This document shows, one piece after another, positions 40,526 to 50,335 of a stretch of 64,000 nucleotides of DNA. The notes below the pieces were generated by a model. That model did no database searches. It saw nothing but the letters and a program-made list of their open reading frames with translations, and was not told the DNA's origin. A program made the position numbers and the translations under genes. Every line of letters begins with the position of its first letter. The first letter of the stretch is position 1. Source of the stretch: a virus. The stretch is from positions 1 to 64,000 of the IMG/VR virus record IMGVR_UViG_3300020477_001849, one strand, 5' to 3'.

Positions 40526-41183
40526 TTAAAAATGCCTCTGTCTGCTTTTGAATTAAGAAAATCATGTATAGCTGGGGTAAGTCTTCCCATAATGTTAATA
40601 ATTCATACGTAATTCCTAGCCCAAGTGACCACTGGTGTTGTTCCCCTAAGTCTAAAACGCTAGGTACCTCTTCAAAGATTGCTTTTTTAACGTCATCATA
40701 TCCAAACTTTTTAACATATTCTTCGAATTGCTTGTATGCTGGGCGGTCTATGAAAGAGTCGTGCCAAATTGCTGACCATAGGAAATTCTCTTCTTCGTAT
40801 GCAAATTCATGCTCATCATTTTTTACCCACCCAACCTTATAGTCATTAAACCTCCAGTGATCGCCTACTCCCCAGTCGACCAGTATAAGCCCTCCAGGAA
40901 CAACAATGTCAAGACACTTCTTAAGAAATGCAGAAGGATCTTTGGAAAAATATGCACACCTTGTGCATACAACTAAATCATAGTTTTCCCCGATATCCCA
41001 TTCATCATCATTAATAAACCAATTGTCAAGCTGCATATCAAAATAGTGTCCAACACCATGCGATATCGAGTTAGTGAAATCAGACGGGCCCGTAAATCCT
41101 AAAAATGCAACCTTAGAATATTTTTTATTACCACCCAACATTCCGAGATAGGATGAAAAAACGTGTGGGTCAGACTTTCCCAT
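40518..41183 (-). CDS. Putative SAM-dependent methyltransferase-like protein
   Basis: YDLVVC...LKKCLDIVVPGGLILVD; glycine motif I atypical. Confidence 0.5.
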   Translation of the reverse strand: MGKSDPHVFSSYLGMLGGNKKYSKVAFLGFTGPSDFTNSISHGVGHYFDMQLDNWFINDDEWDIGENYDLVVCTRCAYFSKDPSAFLKKCLDIVVPGGLILVDWGVGDHWRFNDYKVGWVKNDEHEFAYEEENFLWSAIWHDSFIDRPAYKQFEEYVKKFGYDDVKKAIFEEVPSVLDLGEQHQWSLGLGITYELLTLWEDLPQLYMIFLIQKQTEAFLNE

Positions 41184-41899
41184 TATTTACTCCTTAAGTC
41201 ATGCATGAATAAAAACTCAACTTCATCCTTATGATTATATAAAAAAGCAATTAGCTCGTCAAGTAACTGTTGGGAAAAATAGTTTTTGTCCCACTCACAT
41301 GCATGATAAACTATCTTACATTCTTCTTGTCTCTTAAGGGCCTTAAACGGGGGTGCAAAGTCGTATAATACAATGTCATCGCCTATATCTTCTGCATCAT
41401 AGAATACTTTTGCGTAGTCATCTGGTGAAAGAGCCAAAACTTCAATACCTCTACTCCTTGCAACACGAATGGCGTCAGGGCTCATCCTCCATGCCGGTGG
41501 CCTAAAAATGGGCTTAAAAATATCACCCATGCCAGAATTGCTTATCTCATTTTCTATTAGCGAAAACTTATTTTCTGCATCTTCCCTCGATAACCTAGCA
41601 AATTCATCATTATTTGACTTACCTGGTATACCGTGAAAGTGGCCATGGATACCAATTTCAAAATTTTTTTGAGGTAACTTTTTAAGATATTCACAGAACG
41701 TAGGAAAACTGGATAAACTATATGGTGTATTAGACGCCACATGGGGAGGTCTTGGTACGGTTCTCCAATAAGCAGATGGGACGAACAAGGTAAATTTTGC
41801 GTCAGGAAACTCGTCTATAAGAGAAAAACATCTAGAGAGCACCTTTATACTAGAATATGGATGTGGTGAAATATCATCTATGCTAATATTAATTTTCAT
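41183..41899 (-). CDS. Polysaccharide deacetylase family (DUF2334-like)
   Basis: SIDD, TLFVP, EIGIHGHFH, FRPPAW. Confidence 0.8.
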   Translation of the reverse strand: MKINISIDDISPHPYSSIKVLSRCFSLIDEFPDAKFTLFVPSAYWRTVPRPPHVASNTPYSLSSFPTFCEYLKKLPQKNFEIGIHGHFHGIPGKSNNDEFARLSREDAENKFSLIENEISNSGMGDIFKPIFRPPAWRMSPDAIRVARSRGIEVLALSPDDYAKVFYDAEDIGDDIVLYDFAPPFKALKRQEECKIVYHACEWDKNYFSQQLLDELIAFLYNHKDEVEFLFMHDLRSK

Positions 41900-42674
41900 T
41901 TGATAAATACCTCAGATAAAATTCATTCCACCCAGGAAGATATACCCTGTTGGGCTTATTGTAGGCGTTGAATGATTTTGGTACGCCCCTGCCTAAATGC
42001 ATGAACATAACATTTCCGCTTGAATCTATGCACCTGTCTACATGAAAAGATTTCCATGGTTCATCTAATGTGTCAACAAGGGACGGCATATTAAATGTAT
42101 TTTTAAAACATAATATAGGCCGAGAGTTATCTCGGCAATATTTTGTAATTGAGTCGCAAGCGTCTAAAATAGTTTGACCCTGGTGCAGTTGAGGCATTAA
42201 GTCAACTTTTGATATTAGGTCTGTTTTGACGTAGAATCCGGATTGATGAATTGCATTAATCCTACTATTGTCTATAGACGTGCCAATTAAATCATACCCT
42301 TTATCCCTAGCATTGAATATTTCATCATAAAATGATTGTGATGTTATACAAACATCGCAGTGAGCGATAAAGACAAAGTCATCATCTATATACTCAAGGC
42401 CTGCCATTATTCCCATGACATTTGCTGTTGAACCTGGGCTACCGATAAATGTACCTGCATTCATCTTGGACGCATCAGCTTTAGGATTTTGTACCCATGT
42501 AACAGACTCTGCGAGGGATAAGGTATGGTCCTTATAGGAGCTATCATTTGAATTTTCAACAATTACATAATGGTTTTCTACATTATTAGGCCTAAATTTC
42601 TCAAATGTCTTAATCAAGACATGCACCAAGTCTGGTGTATGATATGCTGGAACTATTATAGAAAATTTTCTCAT
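41889..42674 (-). CDS. Glycosyltransferase, GT2-like
   Basis: FSIIVPAY, IVENS, FIAHCDV, MHLGRG. Confidence 0.75.
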   Translation of the reverse strand: MRKFSIIVPAYHTPDLVHVLIKTFEKFRPNNVENHYVIVENSNDSSYKDHTLSLAESVTWVQNPKADASKMNAGTFIGSPGSTANVMGIMAGLEYIDDDFVFIAHCDVCITSQSFYDEIFNARDKGYDLIGTSIDNSRINAIHQSGFYVKTDLISKVDLMPQLHQGQTILDACDSITKYCRDNSRPILCFKNTFNMPSLVDTLDEPWKSFHVDRCIDSSGNVMFMHLGRGVPKSFNAYNKPNRVYLPGWNEFYLRYLSNEN

Positions 42675-42677
42675 TCT

Positions 42678-43625
42678 TCATCTACCTATTATTGCATCGA
42701 TGGTGCATTGCAGTGACTGTGTAAAATCTGATGGACTGCTTATCCCTAGGGCTTTAATTTTCTCATTTGATATTGAGTAACGAAAATCATGACCTGGACG
42801 ATCTTTAACAAAAGTAATCACACTGCTAGCATCTACACCCATAATTTCGCATATTTTTTGGACAACAACCAAATTATTAACTTCTTGATTATGTGATAGA
42901 TTATATGTCTCATTATATTTTCCTTTATCTAGTACATCATATATCATTCTTACACAATCTTTTACATAAAACCAGTCACGAACATTAGTTCCATCCCCGT
43001 ATATTGGGACCGGCCGGTTTGAGAGGATGCAATTGACAACTGTTGGTATAAGCTTTTCAGCATGCTGCCTAGGGCCAAAATTATTACTCATCCTGACCAT
43101 CTTGAATGTAGTGTTGTATGTGTTGTGATATGATGTCACTAAATGCTCTGCAGCAGCTTTGCTAGCAGAGTAGGGATTTCGTGGATTAAGCTTATCTTCC
43201 TCACTAAAAGACCCGGCATGCGCAGACCCATATACCTCATCTGTAGATATGTGTAGCATTTTTATCTCAGGTAAGTCCTTACAGACATTCAATAATGATG
43301 CAACACCTTCTACATTCGATTTTAAGAATGGGATAATACTATTAATAGAATTATCCACATGTGTTTCGGCCGCAAAATTAATAATCCAATCTATATTCCT
43401 TAAGTCGCAGAGCTCGCCGATGCTGTGAGTAGAACGTATATCATTATTGTATAGCTTAAACTTATCATTGTCGTAATTGTGTTGAATATTTCCAGCTGAA
43501 CCGGCATATGTAAAGCAATCCACGCCGATAACGGTATGTCCCTTCTCAAGCAATAGATCAACCATATGACTTCCTATAAATCCGGCGCATCCAGTCACCA
43601 GTATATTCATACCCTCAACATTCAT
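42678..43625 (-). CDS. rfbB: dTDP-glucose 4,6-dehydratase
   Basis: GCAGFIG, FAAETHVDNSI, ISTDEVYG, YSASK, NNFGP.Q..EKLIP, DRPGHDFRY. Confidence 0.95.
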   Translation of the reverse strand: MNVEGMNILVTGCAGFIGSHMVDLLLEKGHTVIGVDCFTYAGSAGNIQHNYDNDKFKLYNNDIRSTHSIGELCDLRNIDWIINFAAETHVDNSINSIIPFLKSNVEGVASLLNVCKDLPEIKMLHISTDEVYGSAHAGSFSEEDKLNPRNPYSASKAAAEHLVTSYHNTYNTTFKMVRMSNNFGPRQHAEKLIPTVVNCILSNRPVPIYGDGTNVRDWFYVKDCVRMIYDVLDKGKYNETYNLSHNQEVNNLVVVQKICEIMGVDASSVITFVKDRPGHDFRYSISNEKIKALGISSPSDFTQSLQCTIDAIIGR

Positions 43626-44937
43626 TTAAACCACCATACCCCTCTATCATTTTGCATATATAAGAAATCATTTCTTTTGACAGCGTGGGTGAGCAACCTA
43701 TAAAGAACACATTGTCTAAAACCTTGTTTGAGTTAGGGTAATTCCTATAGTCTTCTATATGGCTATACGCTGGGTGTAATAAAATATTTCCTGCAAAATA
43801 ATTTCGTGTCTGAATTTTATTATCCTCGAGGTACTTAACGAAGTCTTGTTTGAGCCCTTTAGTATTACAGACAATAGGTACACCAAACCAACTGGTCTCA
43901 GAATGAACTAGTTCATCCACCACCCTCACGCCCTTTATCTTTTCAACTGACTCGTGTATTCTATCCTTATTTTCCCTGCGGATCTGGTGTATTTTGTCAA
44001 ACTTTTTTAATTGTATTGAGCCTATCGCACCCTGAAAATCTAGGGGCTTTAAGTTATACCCTATATTGGAAAAAACATACTTGTGGTCAACAATCTCATC
44101 ATATCCACTGATCCACTTGTCAAATCTCTTACCACATGTACCACAAGAAAGTAAATTTGCAGACCCCACGCAATAACAGTCCCTACCCCACCATGCAAAA
44201 CTTCTTGCTAGCGAAATAACCTCAGGTATATTAGATGAAACCATCCCACCCTCACATGTCGTAATGTGGTGGGCAGGATAAAATGAACAAGAAGCAGCTA
44301 CGGCATACTCAGTTAGAAATTTATCACGCCATTTTGACCCTAAGCTATCACAGTTATCAGCTATTATTTTTACATTATTTTTCTCACAAATATTTACTAA
44401 CCTATCTAAGTCATATGGATTTCCCAAAACAGGGGAAGAAAAAACTGCGACGGTCTTGGCTGAGATTTTTCTTTCAACTTCATCCAAATTCCAGTTTAGG
44501 TCATCAAAATTTATATCAACGAATACAGGTTTAAGGCCGTTTTGGATAATAGGGTTTAGGGTAGTCGGAAATCCCACACAGGAAACAATGATCTCGTCCC
44601 CATCTGACCACCCAAAATATTTCTTTAAGGCTGCGATGAGTACCAGGTTCGCGGAGCTACCGGAGTTCACCATAACAGAAGATTTAAACCCAAACTTTTT
44701 AGAAAAAGCTACCTCAAATTTTCTGACATGTTCTCCTGATGATAGCCACTTTCCTGATATTAACGAATCAAAAATTGCAGCAATCTCTTCTTCATCCCAA
44801 TATGGGCCTGAGTAATATACCGGCGTCTTTCCAGGAACAAAGTTATTAGAATTTTTAACATTAGCAAGGTACTTGAAAATGTTATCTTCTGATTTGCTCT
44901 CTAGTAGGCCGATCAGCCTTTCTTTAATTCCTTGCAT
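43615..44937 (-). CDS. rfbH: NDP-4-keto-6-deoxyglucose 3-dehydratase (E1/RfbH type)
   Basis: NSGSSAN, FPTT.NP, DNCD.LG, SFYPAHHITT.EGG (His at the Lys position), WGRDCYC...TC, YDHKY-like VDHKY. Confidence 0.9.
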   Translation of the reverse strand: MQGIKERLIGLLESKSEDNIFKYLANVKNSNNFVPGKTPVYYSGPYWDEEEIAAIFDSLISGKWLSSGEHVRKFEVAFSKKFGFKSSVMVNSGSSANLVLIAALKKYFGWSDGDEIIVSCVGFPTTLNPIIQNGLKPVFVDINFDDLNWNLDEVERKISAKTVAVFSSPVLGNPYDLDRLVNICEKNNVKIIADNCDSLGSKWRDKFLTEYAVAASCSFYPAHHITTCEGGMVSSNIPEVISLARSFAWWGRDCYCVGSANLLSCGTCGKRFDKWISGYDEIVDHKYVFSNIGYNLKPLDFQGAIGSIQLKKFDKIHQIRRENKDRIHESVEKIKGVRVVDELVHSETSWFGVPIVCNTKGLKQDFVKYLEDNKIQTRNYFAGNILLHPAYSHIEDYRNYPNSNKVLDNVFFIGCSPTLSKEMISYICKMIEGYGGLNEC

Positions 44938-45773
44938 AATCTCTTGATCCCTAGTTCAATATCATTTTTTTTCTTGTACCCCAAAGATAGAAGCTTACTG
45001 TTGTCTAGGTACATGTCCTTTACCTGGACTACTTTATGAAATTCAGGTATTTCTATATGATTAATTTTACTAGTACTTTTTGTAATTTTCATTGAAAAAT
45101 CTATAATATCTCTTATTTTTATTGGTTCTCCGTTTCCAATATTGAATATTTCATTTACACCCCCTTTCTTTAGAACCAGGTCTATCGCTTCACATGTGTC
45201 ATTAATATGCATATAGTCCCTTATAACATTACCACCGTCATACAAATTAACCTCTTCGTTATTTATTACTCTTTCCACCATATAGTGAAGGGCATTTTTT
45301 TTTGCTGAAGCTTTGAGGTCAGTTTTTCCGTAGACATTACACAACCGTATTATTCTGTAGTTAATGCCAAATGTCTTACAATAACTGATGAGTAAATCCT
45401 CTGCACATTTCTTGGTTATAGAATAAAAGCCAGTTGGAAAACAATGGCTGTCTTCCCTGGCAGGTAAATCTGTATTTCCGTAGACAAACCATGAGCTTAT
45501 AAAGTTAAAGACATCTAGGTGTTCCCTGTTGGCTTCAAGTACTGATATCATGTGACTCAAATTTGTATTAATATCGACATGAGGATTATCAAACACATTG
45601 TAATTGTTGTTAGTGCTAATGAAATATAGAAAATTGCCGTTAGTAGACTTTAAAGAATTTCTGGGAATCGTGACATACGAATCACCAATAGCATCCTTAT
45701 ATTCACAAAAATTTGAACCGACATAGCCGGTAGATCCAAATATCGACAGCACCTTATTCCTCATCACATGCAT
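44913..45773 (-). CDS. NAD-dependent epimerase/dehydratase (SDR)
   Basis: GSTGYVG, ISSWFVYG, YSITK, RLCNVYG, RDYMH. Confidence 0.9.
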   Translation of the reverse strand: MHVMRNKVLSIFGSTGYVGSNFCEYKDAIGDSYVTIPRNSLKSTNGNFLYFISTNNNYNVFDNPHVDINTNLSHMISVLEANREHLDVFNFISSWFVYGNTDLPAREDSHCFPTGFYSITKKCAEDLLISYCKTFGINYRIIRLCNVYGKTDLKASAKKNALHYMVERVINNEEVNLYDGGNVIRDYMHINDTCEAIDLVLKKGGVNEIFNIGNGEPIKIRDIIDFSMKITKSTSKINHIEIPEFHKVVQVKDMYLDNSKLLSLGYKKKNDIELGIKRLCKELKKG

Positions 45774-46473
45774 GCATCAACATATTTGCTTTATGGTACG
45801 ATGTGAAAGTTCCAGCATCTGTCCACCACCCTTCTAGAAATGTGAATCCAGCTAAACCATCCTCAATGTACCCATGGTTAAGCTCTGTAATTTCATACTC
45901 TCCTCTACTCGAGGGTTTAAGCGATCTAATTCGATCAAAAACTGAATTATCATACATGTATATTCCAGTAATACACAAGTCAGAAATGAACTCTTGAGGT
46001 TTTTCAATTGCTGCAACGACCTTTCCTTCTTTAATAACTGCGACTCCATACCTTTCAGGGTCCGGCACTTTCTTTAGGAATAAAGAACATGGCATATCTG
46101 AGTTTTTATACTCATTAACGTGGGTCGCGAGATCATCTTCAAAGATATTATCCCCTAATAGGACTATAAATTTCTCGTCTTTAACAAAGCTCTCTGCTAA
46201 CCTAAGTGCATCTGCAATTCCTGCAGAACCGTCCTGGACTTTAAACGTAAAACTACAGCCGTGATTATTTCCGCTCCCAAGTAAGCTAATCATGTCTCCC
46301 ATATGCTCAGTACCTGTAATCACCATTATATCTGAGATACCGGCAGTCGTTAGCTTAGAGACCAAGTGGAGTATCATCGGCTTTTTCCCTACGGGTAATA
46401 AATGCTTATTTGTAACATGAGTAAGAGGATGTAAACGACTTCCGGTACCCCCTGCTAGAATTACACCTTTCAT
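45754..46473 (-). CDS. rfbA: Glucose-1-phosphate thymidylyltransferase (short form)
   Basis: LAGGTGSRLHPLT....KHLLPV, LGDN, EKP, SRGEYEIT, WTDAGT. Confidence 0.9.
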   Translation of the reverse strand: MKGVILAGGTGSRLHPLTHVTNKHLLPVGKKPMILHLVSKLTTAGISDIMVITGTEHMGDMISLLGSGNNHGCSFTFKVQDGSAGIADALRLAESFVKDEKFIVLLGDNIFEDDLATHVNEYKNSDMPCSLFLKKVPDPERYGVAVIKEGKVVAAIEKPQEFISDLCITGIYMYDNSVFDRIRSLKPSSRGEYEITELNHGYIEDGLAGFTFLEGWWTDAGTFTSYHKANMLMHACDEE

Positions 46474-47237
46474 TACTTAGTATCCTCACTTTCTCTAATA
46501 CTCGTTAGTCTATCACTATAGGCTTTCCTAACTTTTGCATGTGTGGGATCAGATAACATCTCTTCCGTGAATTGATTATCTTCTATAAAAGAAAAAATCA
46601 ACCTTATAGATCCGGGCCCTGAATCACCGATAACGTTGTGGAGCATAGATGTGTTAAAGAGAAGTGCCTTATTGTTGTCTGCGCTAATAACCCTCTTTTT
46701 AAGAACCCTAAAGATCTCTTTATCATATCCACTAAACCCAGGAGACAAAAAGCTACTTGACTCTTGGTTTAAAAACCACATTAACTGGCTACCCTCAAGT
46801 ATTTCCAGCATTGGATATAATTTTTCGCTAACCTCAGGATAGTATATAATCTTATGGGCGGGTGGTACCATCCCGACCGACTTGCCGGAACTATAGTAGG
46901 CATCTCTATGCCATGGCATATAACTGCTAGTGCTAGAAGACTTTCTTATTTGAATATGTGATAGTACTAAGTCATGACCAACTAAGCTATGAATTGCATT
47001 ATGGAAATTATTTTCAAATAAAAATTCTACAAAGCAATCATCATACCCAAAAACATTAGGCCTGAGATCTTTTGTGCCACGGTATTTCTCTTCCCATGTA
47101 AAGCCATTTTTTAAAGAGTCATTTAAAAAAAAATTCTTTAAATTTTCATTAACAGCAGTTGTACTAGTACACTCCTTGATATCAAGGAGTGAATATCCCT
47201 TAACAAAAAAAGATGATCTTGAACTATGAATATTCAT
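46473..47237 (-). CDS. PhyH-like Fe(II)/2-oxoglutarate dioxygenase
   Basis: PWHRD, LEGSQ, LFNTSMLH, distal R. Confidence 0.7.
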   Translation of the reverse strand: MNIHSSRSSFFVKGYSLLDIKECTSTTAVNENLKNFFLNDSLKNGFTWEEKYRGTKDLRPNVFGYDDCFVEFLFENNFHNAIHSLVGHDLVLSHIQIRKSSSTSSYMPWHRDAYYSSGKSVGMVPPAHKIIYYPEVSEKLYPMLEILEGSQLMWFLNQESSSFLSPGFSGYDKEIFRVLKKRVISADNNKALLFNTSMLHNVIGDSGPGSIRLIFSFIEDNQFTEEMLSDPTHAKVRKAYSDRLTSIRESEDTK

Positions 47238-47242
47238 ATTTG

Positions 47243-47983
47243 CTACCAGTCCATGATATAGTCTTCCAGCTTAATAGAGGGATGTGTTAGAAGTACCTGT
47301 CCGTAGTCTATTTCATCATCTGCTAACCTTCTATCATCGAAGAATATTCTCCTATCCATAATAATCAACTCTTTACTATCATCTTGTATTTCGTCAATTA
47401 CTGTTGCACAGTCTATGTCAAGTTGCTTTTTAGATGGAAGGTGATAATCATCAAAAAGCAAAAACTTCGTATATCGATCTTTAGATAGGTTCCAATCCTG
47501 TAAAACGGCATCATACCTGTGGTCACCATCTATGTATATCAATTCATAATTATCGGAGGTATCGCCTAAGAAATCTTGTGACTTACCTTTCACAAAATCT
47601 ATCTTATTCCACCATGGCTGAGGTATAACCCTAGCTAGGTTTTGAAAAAGTTCTTCATCCAAATTTGGATCAACAGTAGTAATGTTTCCATCGATACCTA
47701 GGTCGGCCATGGCCTTTGCCATACAGATAGCTGAGTACCCTCTTCCGGTACCAATTTCTAAAATGCTACTTATATTAAAGGTTGCAATAAGCGAGTGAAG
47801 CAAAATACCTCTCTCATAATTAGGCCTAAAAAAACACCCAACAGACTTGTATAAGTCTTTTGAGGGATCCCTAGCTTTCTTTGCAGTCATTTCTCCTATC
47901 TGGTCAAAATCGCCTAGCGAAATGCGATCTAGAGAAAACCCTATCTCTTCTAACTTATCCTTAATAAAAACTTTTTTAATCAT
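47243..47983 (-). CDS. Class I SAM-dependent methyltransferase (Methyltransf_24-like)
   Basis: LEIGTGRGYS, TVDP, YIDGDHRY, FDDY. Confidence 0.9.
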   Translation of the reverse strand: MIKKVFIKDKLEEIGFSLDRISLGDFDQIGEMTAKKARDPSKDLYKSVGCFFRPNYERGILLHSLIATFNISSILEIGTGRGYSAICMAKAMADLGIDGNITTVDPNLDEELFQNLARVIPQPWWNKIDFVKGKSQDFLGDTSDNYELIYIDGDHRYDAVLQDWNLSKDRYTKFLLFDDYHLPSKKQLDIDCATVIDEIQDDSKELIIMDRRIFFDDRRLADDEIDYGQVLLTHPSIKLEDYIMDW

Positions 47984-48004
47984 ATTATACCTCGTCGTAT
48001 TTTA

Positions 48005-48367
48005 TTAATCACCTTTTAAAAGGCGATAACTATCTTCATCAAAATGCTGGGTGGAAAACTCAAATAATTCAGTGTCCTCGAGAGCTATCATTTGATGACG
48101 AAGCCCTCTATAGACATGAAAATTGTCTCCAGGAACCAACACCGCCTCCTCTGCAAGGGTAATATCATCCTTGTCAGAGTATTTTACTAACAACTTTCCT
48201 GATTGGACATAAAAAACTTCATCTTTTATTTTGTGGTAATGCCAAGAACATCGCTTATCTTTAACGAAGTAAAGTAACTTTCCGCAATATTCTTCGCAGT
48301 TAACAATCCACTTCTCAAATCCCCACCCTTTCGGCACAAACTTAATTGGTAACGCGTTCTGCATCAT
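48005..48367 (-). CDS. Cupin sugar isomerase-like protein
   Basis: KGWGFE, CSWHYHKIKDEVFYVQSG, RH, EFST.H. Confidence 0.8.
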   Translation of the reverse strand: MMQNALPIKFVPKGWGFEKWIVNCEEYCGKLLYFVKDKRCSWHYHKIKDEVFYVQSGKLLVKYSDKDDITLAEEAVLVPGDNFHVYRGLRHQMIALEDTELFEFSTQHFDEDSYRLLKGD

Positions 48368-49140
48368 ACATCATCCCTATTAACGACGTATGTACCAAAG
48401 CTCTTTACCGATATTGCAGCAATCTTATTTGCGAACTTTATGGATTTCTCGATATCCCTATCAAGCATATATGAATTTATAAAGCCGGCAAAAAACGAAT
48501 CACCTGCCCCGCAAACATCAAAAACCTGTACATCATCTGTGGGGAAAGTCTTATTGTTCCACACCGCGCCAGACTTTCCCAGTGTTACGATAAGCTCATA
48601 TTCATTAGGTAGTTTTTTAAGTTTCTTACTTTCTTTCTCATTTATTTTTATAAAAGAGTTATGAAAACAAGACAAGTCACTTTTTTTGCTGTCAACGAAT
48701 ACGGGGATATCAGCTTCATTAGCTATCCTGGTAATCTTTCTCGCTACAGCATGACTAACAAATCCCTTATCATAGTCTGATATAACGACACATGAATATA
48801 GAGAAATATTTATCTCATCTATTGACCGCAAGGACATTTGAGATACTTTTTGCTCTTCGCCATGATCAACACGTAGCATATGCTGCATGAAGGTATTTTC
48901 AACAAATCTCTCTTTAACTATATTTTCTTTATTGGTGTAGATGTCGACATTAAAACAAAAATTCTCCAAGTGCCGCAAGACATTTAGCGCCATCCCTGGA
49001 CGATTCTCTACCCTTATAGTTTTCAGTATAGGAACAGGAGCCTCTGGGCTCATTCTTTCGCATATACCAAAATTATATTTGTCGGTGCAAGAATCACCTA
49101 TCAATAATATTCTTGATGATTTTTGTTGTTGAGTATTCAT
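48364..49140 (-). CDS. rfaE1: D-glycero-D-manno-heptose-7-phosphate kinase-like (RfaE domain I, PfkB)
   Basis: ILLIGD, RMSPEAPVP, ISDYDKG, VDSK, DVCGAGD; ATG at 49140 more plausible than TTG at 49161. Confidence 0.85.
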   Translation of the reverse strand: MNTQQQKSSRILLIGDSCTDKYNFGICERMSPEAPVPILKTIRVENRPGMALNVLRHLENFCFNVDIYTNKENIVKERFVENTFMQHMLRVDHGEEQKVSQMSLRSIDEINISLYSCVVISDYDKGFVSHAVARKITRIANEADIPVFVDSKKSDLSCFHNSFIKINEKESKKLKKLPNEYELIVTLGKSGAVWNNKTFPTDDVQVFDVCGAGDSFFAGFINSYMLDRDIEKSIKFANKIAAISVKSFGTYVVNRDDV

Positions 49141-49486
49141 TGATGTAATTAAAAATGACAACCTTAGCTATGTCGTTGCCAATAACCTCTGAGTGTTTGT
49201 AGTCGCCGCCTTTAACGATTATATCAGGTTTTAACTGTTTGATTAAGCTGTAAGGCGTATCCTCATCAAAAATGATAACCTCATCAACATACCTTAAAGC
49301 CCTCAACAATTCAGCCCTATCATCTTGATTATTAATAGGACGATGAGACCCTTTGATACGACGAATACTATCATCCGAATTTAGCCCTAGGATAATTCGG
49401 TCACCTAATGTACTACAAAACCTTAATAATTCTATATGCCCACGGTGTAAAATATCAAAACACCCATTAGTAAAAATGGTAGTCAA
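49094..49486 (-). CDS. rfaE2: Heptose-1-phosphate adenylyltransferase-like (RfaE domain II)
   Basis: FTNGCFDILHRGH, GLNSD.S..RIKG..RP, KGGDY, YSTT. Confidence 0.9.
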   Translation of the reverse strand: MTTIFTNGCFDILHRGHIELLRFCSTLGDRIILGLNSDDSIRRIKGSHRPINNQDDRAELLRALRYVDEVIIFDEDTPYSLIKQLKPDIIVKGGDYKHSEVIGNDIAKVVIFNYINEYSTTKIIKNIIDR

Positions 49487-50319
49487 ATCTTAAGATTCTC
49501 CAGTATTGCAGTGGATATCTCTGTTGGGTCGTGCATTGATGCATCTTTTTCACAGTCAGCACACTTAATTTTCATCCCGCAGGGTCCATGAGTAGATATA
49601 TCAATATTGATATTCTGGGGATATGCTACCATTTTAGAAGACTGGTATCCGGTAATGACAACAACTGCTGGGGTATCTACTGCTGTTGCTGCGTGAACAA
49701 GGCCGCCCTCAGACCCAACAAACATTAATGACCTCTTGATAACAGCAGAAGCTTCTCTAAACGTTGTTTTTCCGGTGAGATCTATGACAGAATCTAGGAC
49801 AGGTGACCCTTCTACACCCACTTGCACAACGCTAACGCTCGTAGAAATTTTATTGACGACCTGTTGCCACTTAGGTAGGGGGTATGCTCTGTTAGGTGTA
49901 TAATTGTCCTTTGAGTACGGCTCTATAACAATAAAGTTATTCAGGTTAGAAACTAATTCATCAGCATATTTCTCTTCACTGTCATCTAGAAATAGCTCAC
50001 ATTTAAGTTGGGGATGATCGATTCCATATGCTTTACAGATTGTTTCTATGATGTGATTATCACATTTATGCAGTGCATGTCCAGGAGTGTCCTTAATACA
50101 ATAATTTGTCTTAGGATTATTCATCTCTACTGGAAATGAGTTATTCGATAGATCGCTAAGCTCTTGTGATATTATGGGATTGTTCTTAAACGCATCTGAG
50201 AAAACTAGTTTGATGAATGAACCGTGGCGTTCTATAGGCAAAATGCGGATTGGAAAGCTCACAGTTTTTTGGATTTCCCTAGCAAGTGCAGTCCATGTTA
50301 AATATCCTCCAAGTCCCAT
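49483..50319 (-). CDS. Glycosyltransferase, GT9 (heptosyltransferase-like)
   Basis: GLGG, DLTGKT, FVGSEGGLVHAATAVDTPAV. Confidence 0.85.
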   Translation of the reverse strand: MGLGGYLTWTALAREIQKTVSFPIRILPIERHGSFIKLVFSDAFKNNPIISQELSDLSNNSFPVEMNNPKTNYCIKDTPGHALHKCDNHIIETICKAYGIDHPQLKCELFLDDSEEKYADELVSNLNNFIVIEPYSKDNYTPNRAYPLPKWQQVVNKISTSVSVVQVGVEGSPVLDSVIDLTGKTTFREASAVIKRSLMFVGSEGGLVHAATAVDTPAVVVITGYQSSKMVAYPQNINIDISTHGPCGMKIKCADCEKDASMHDPTEISTAILENLKI

Positions 50320-50335
50320 AATAAAAATTCCTACG

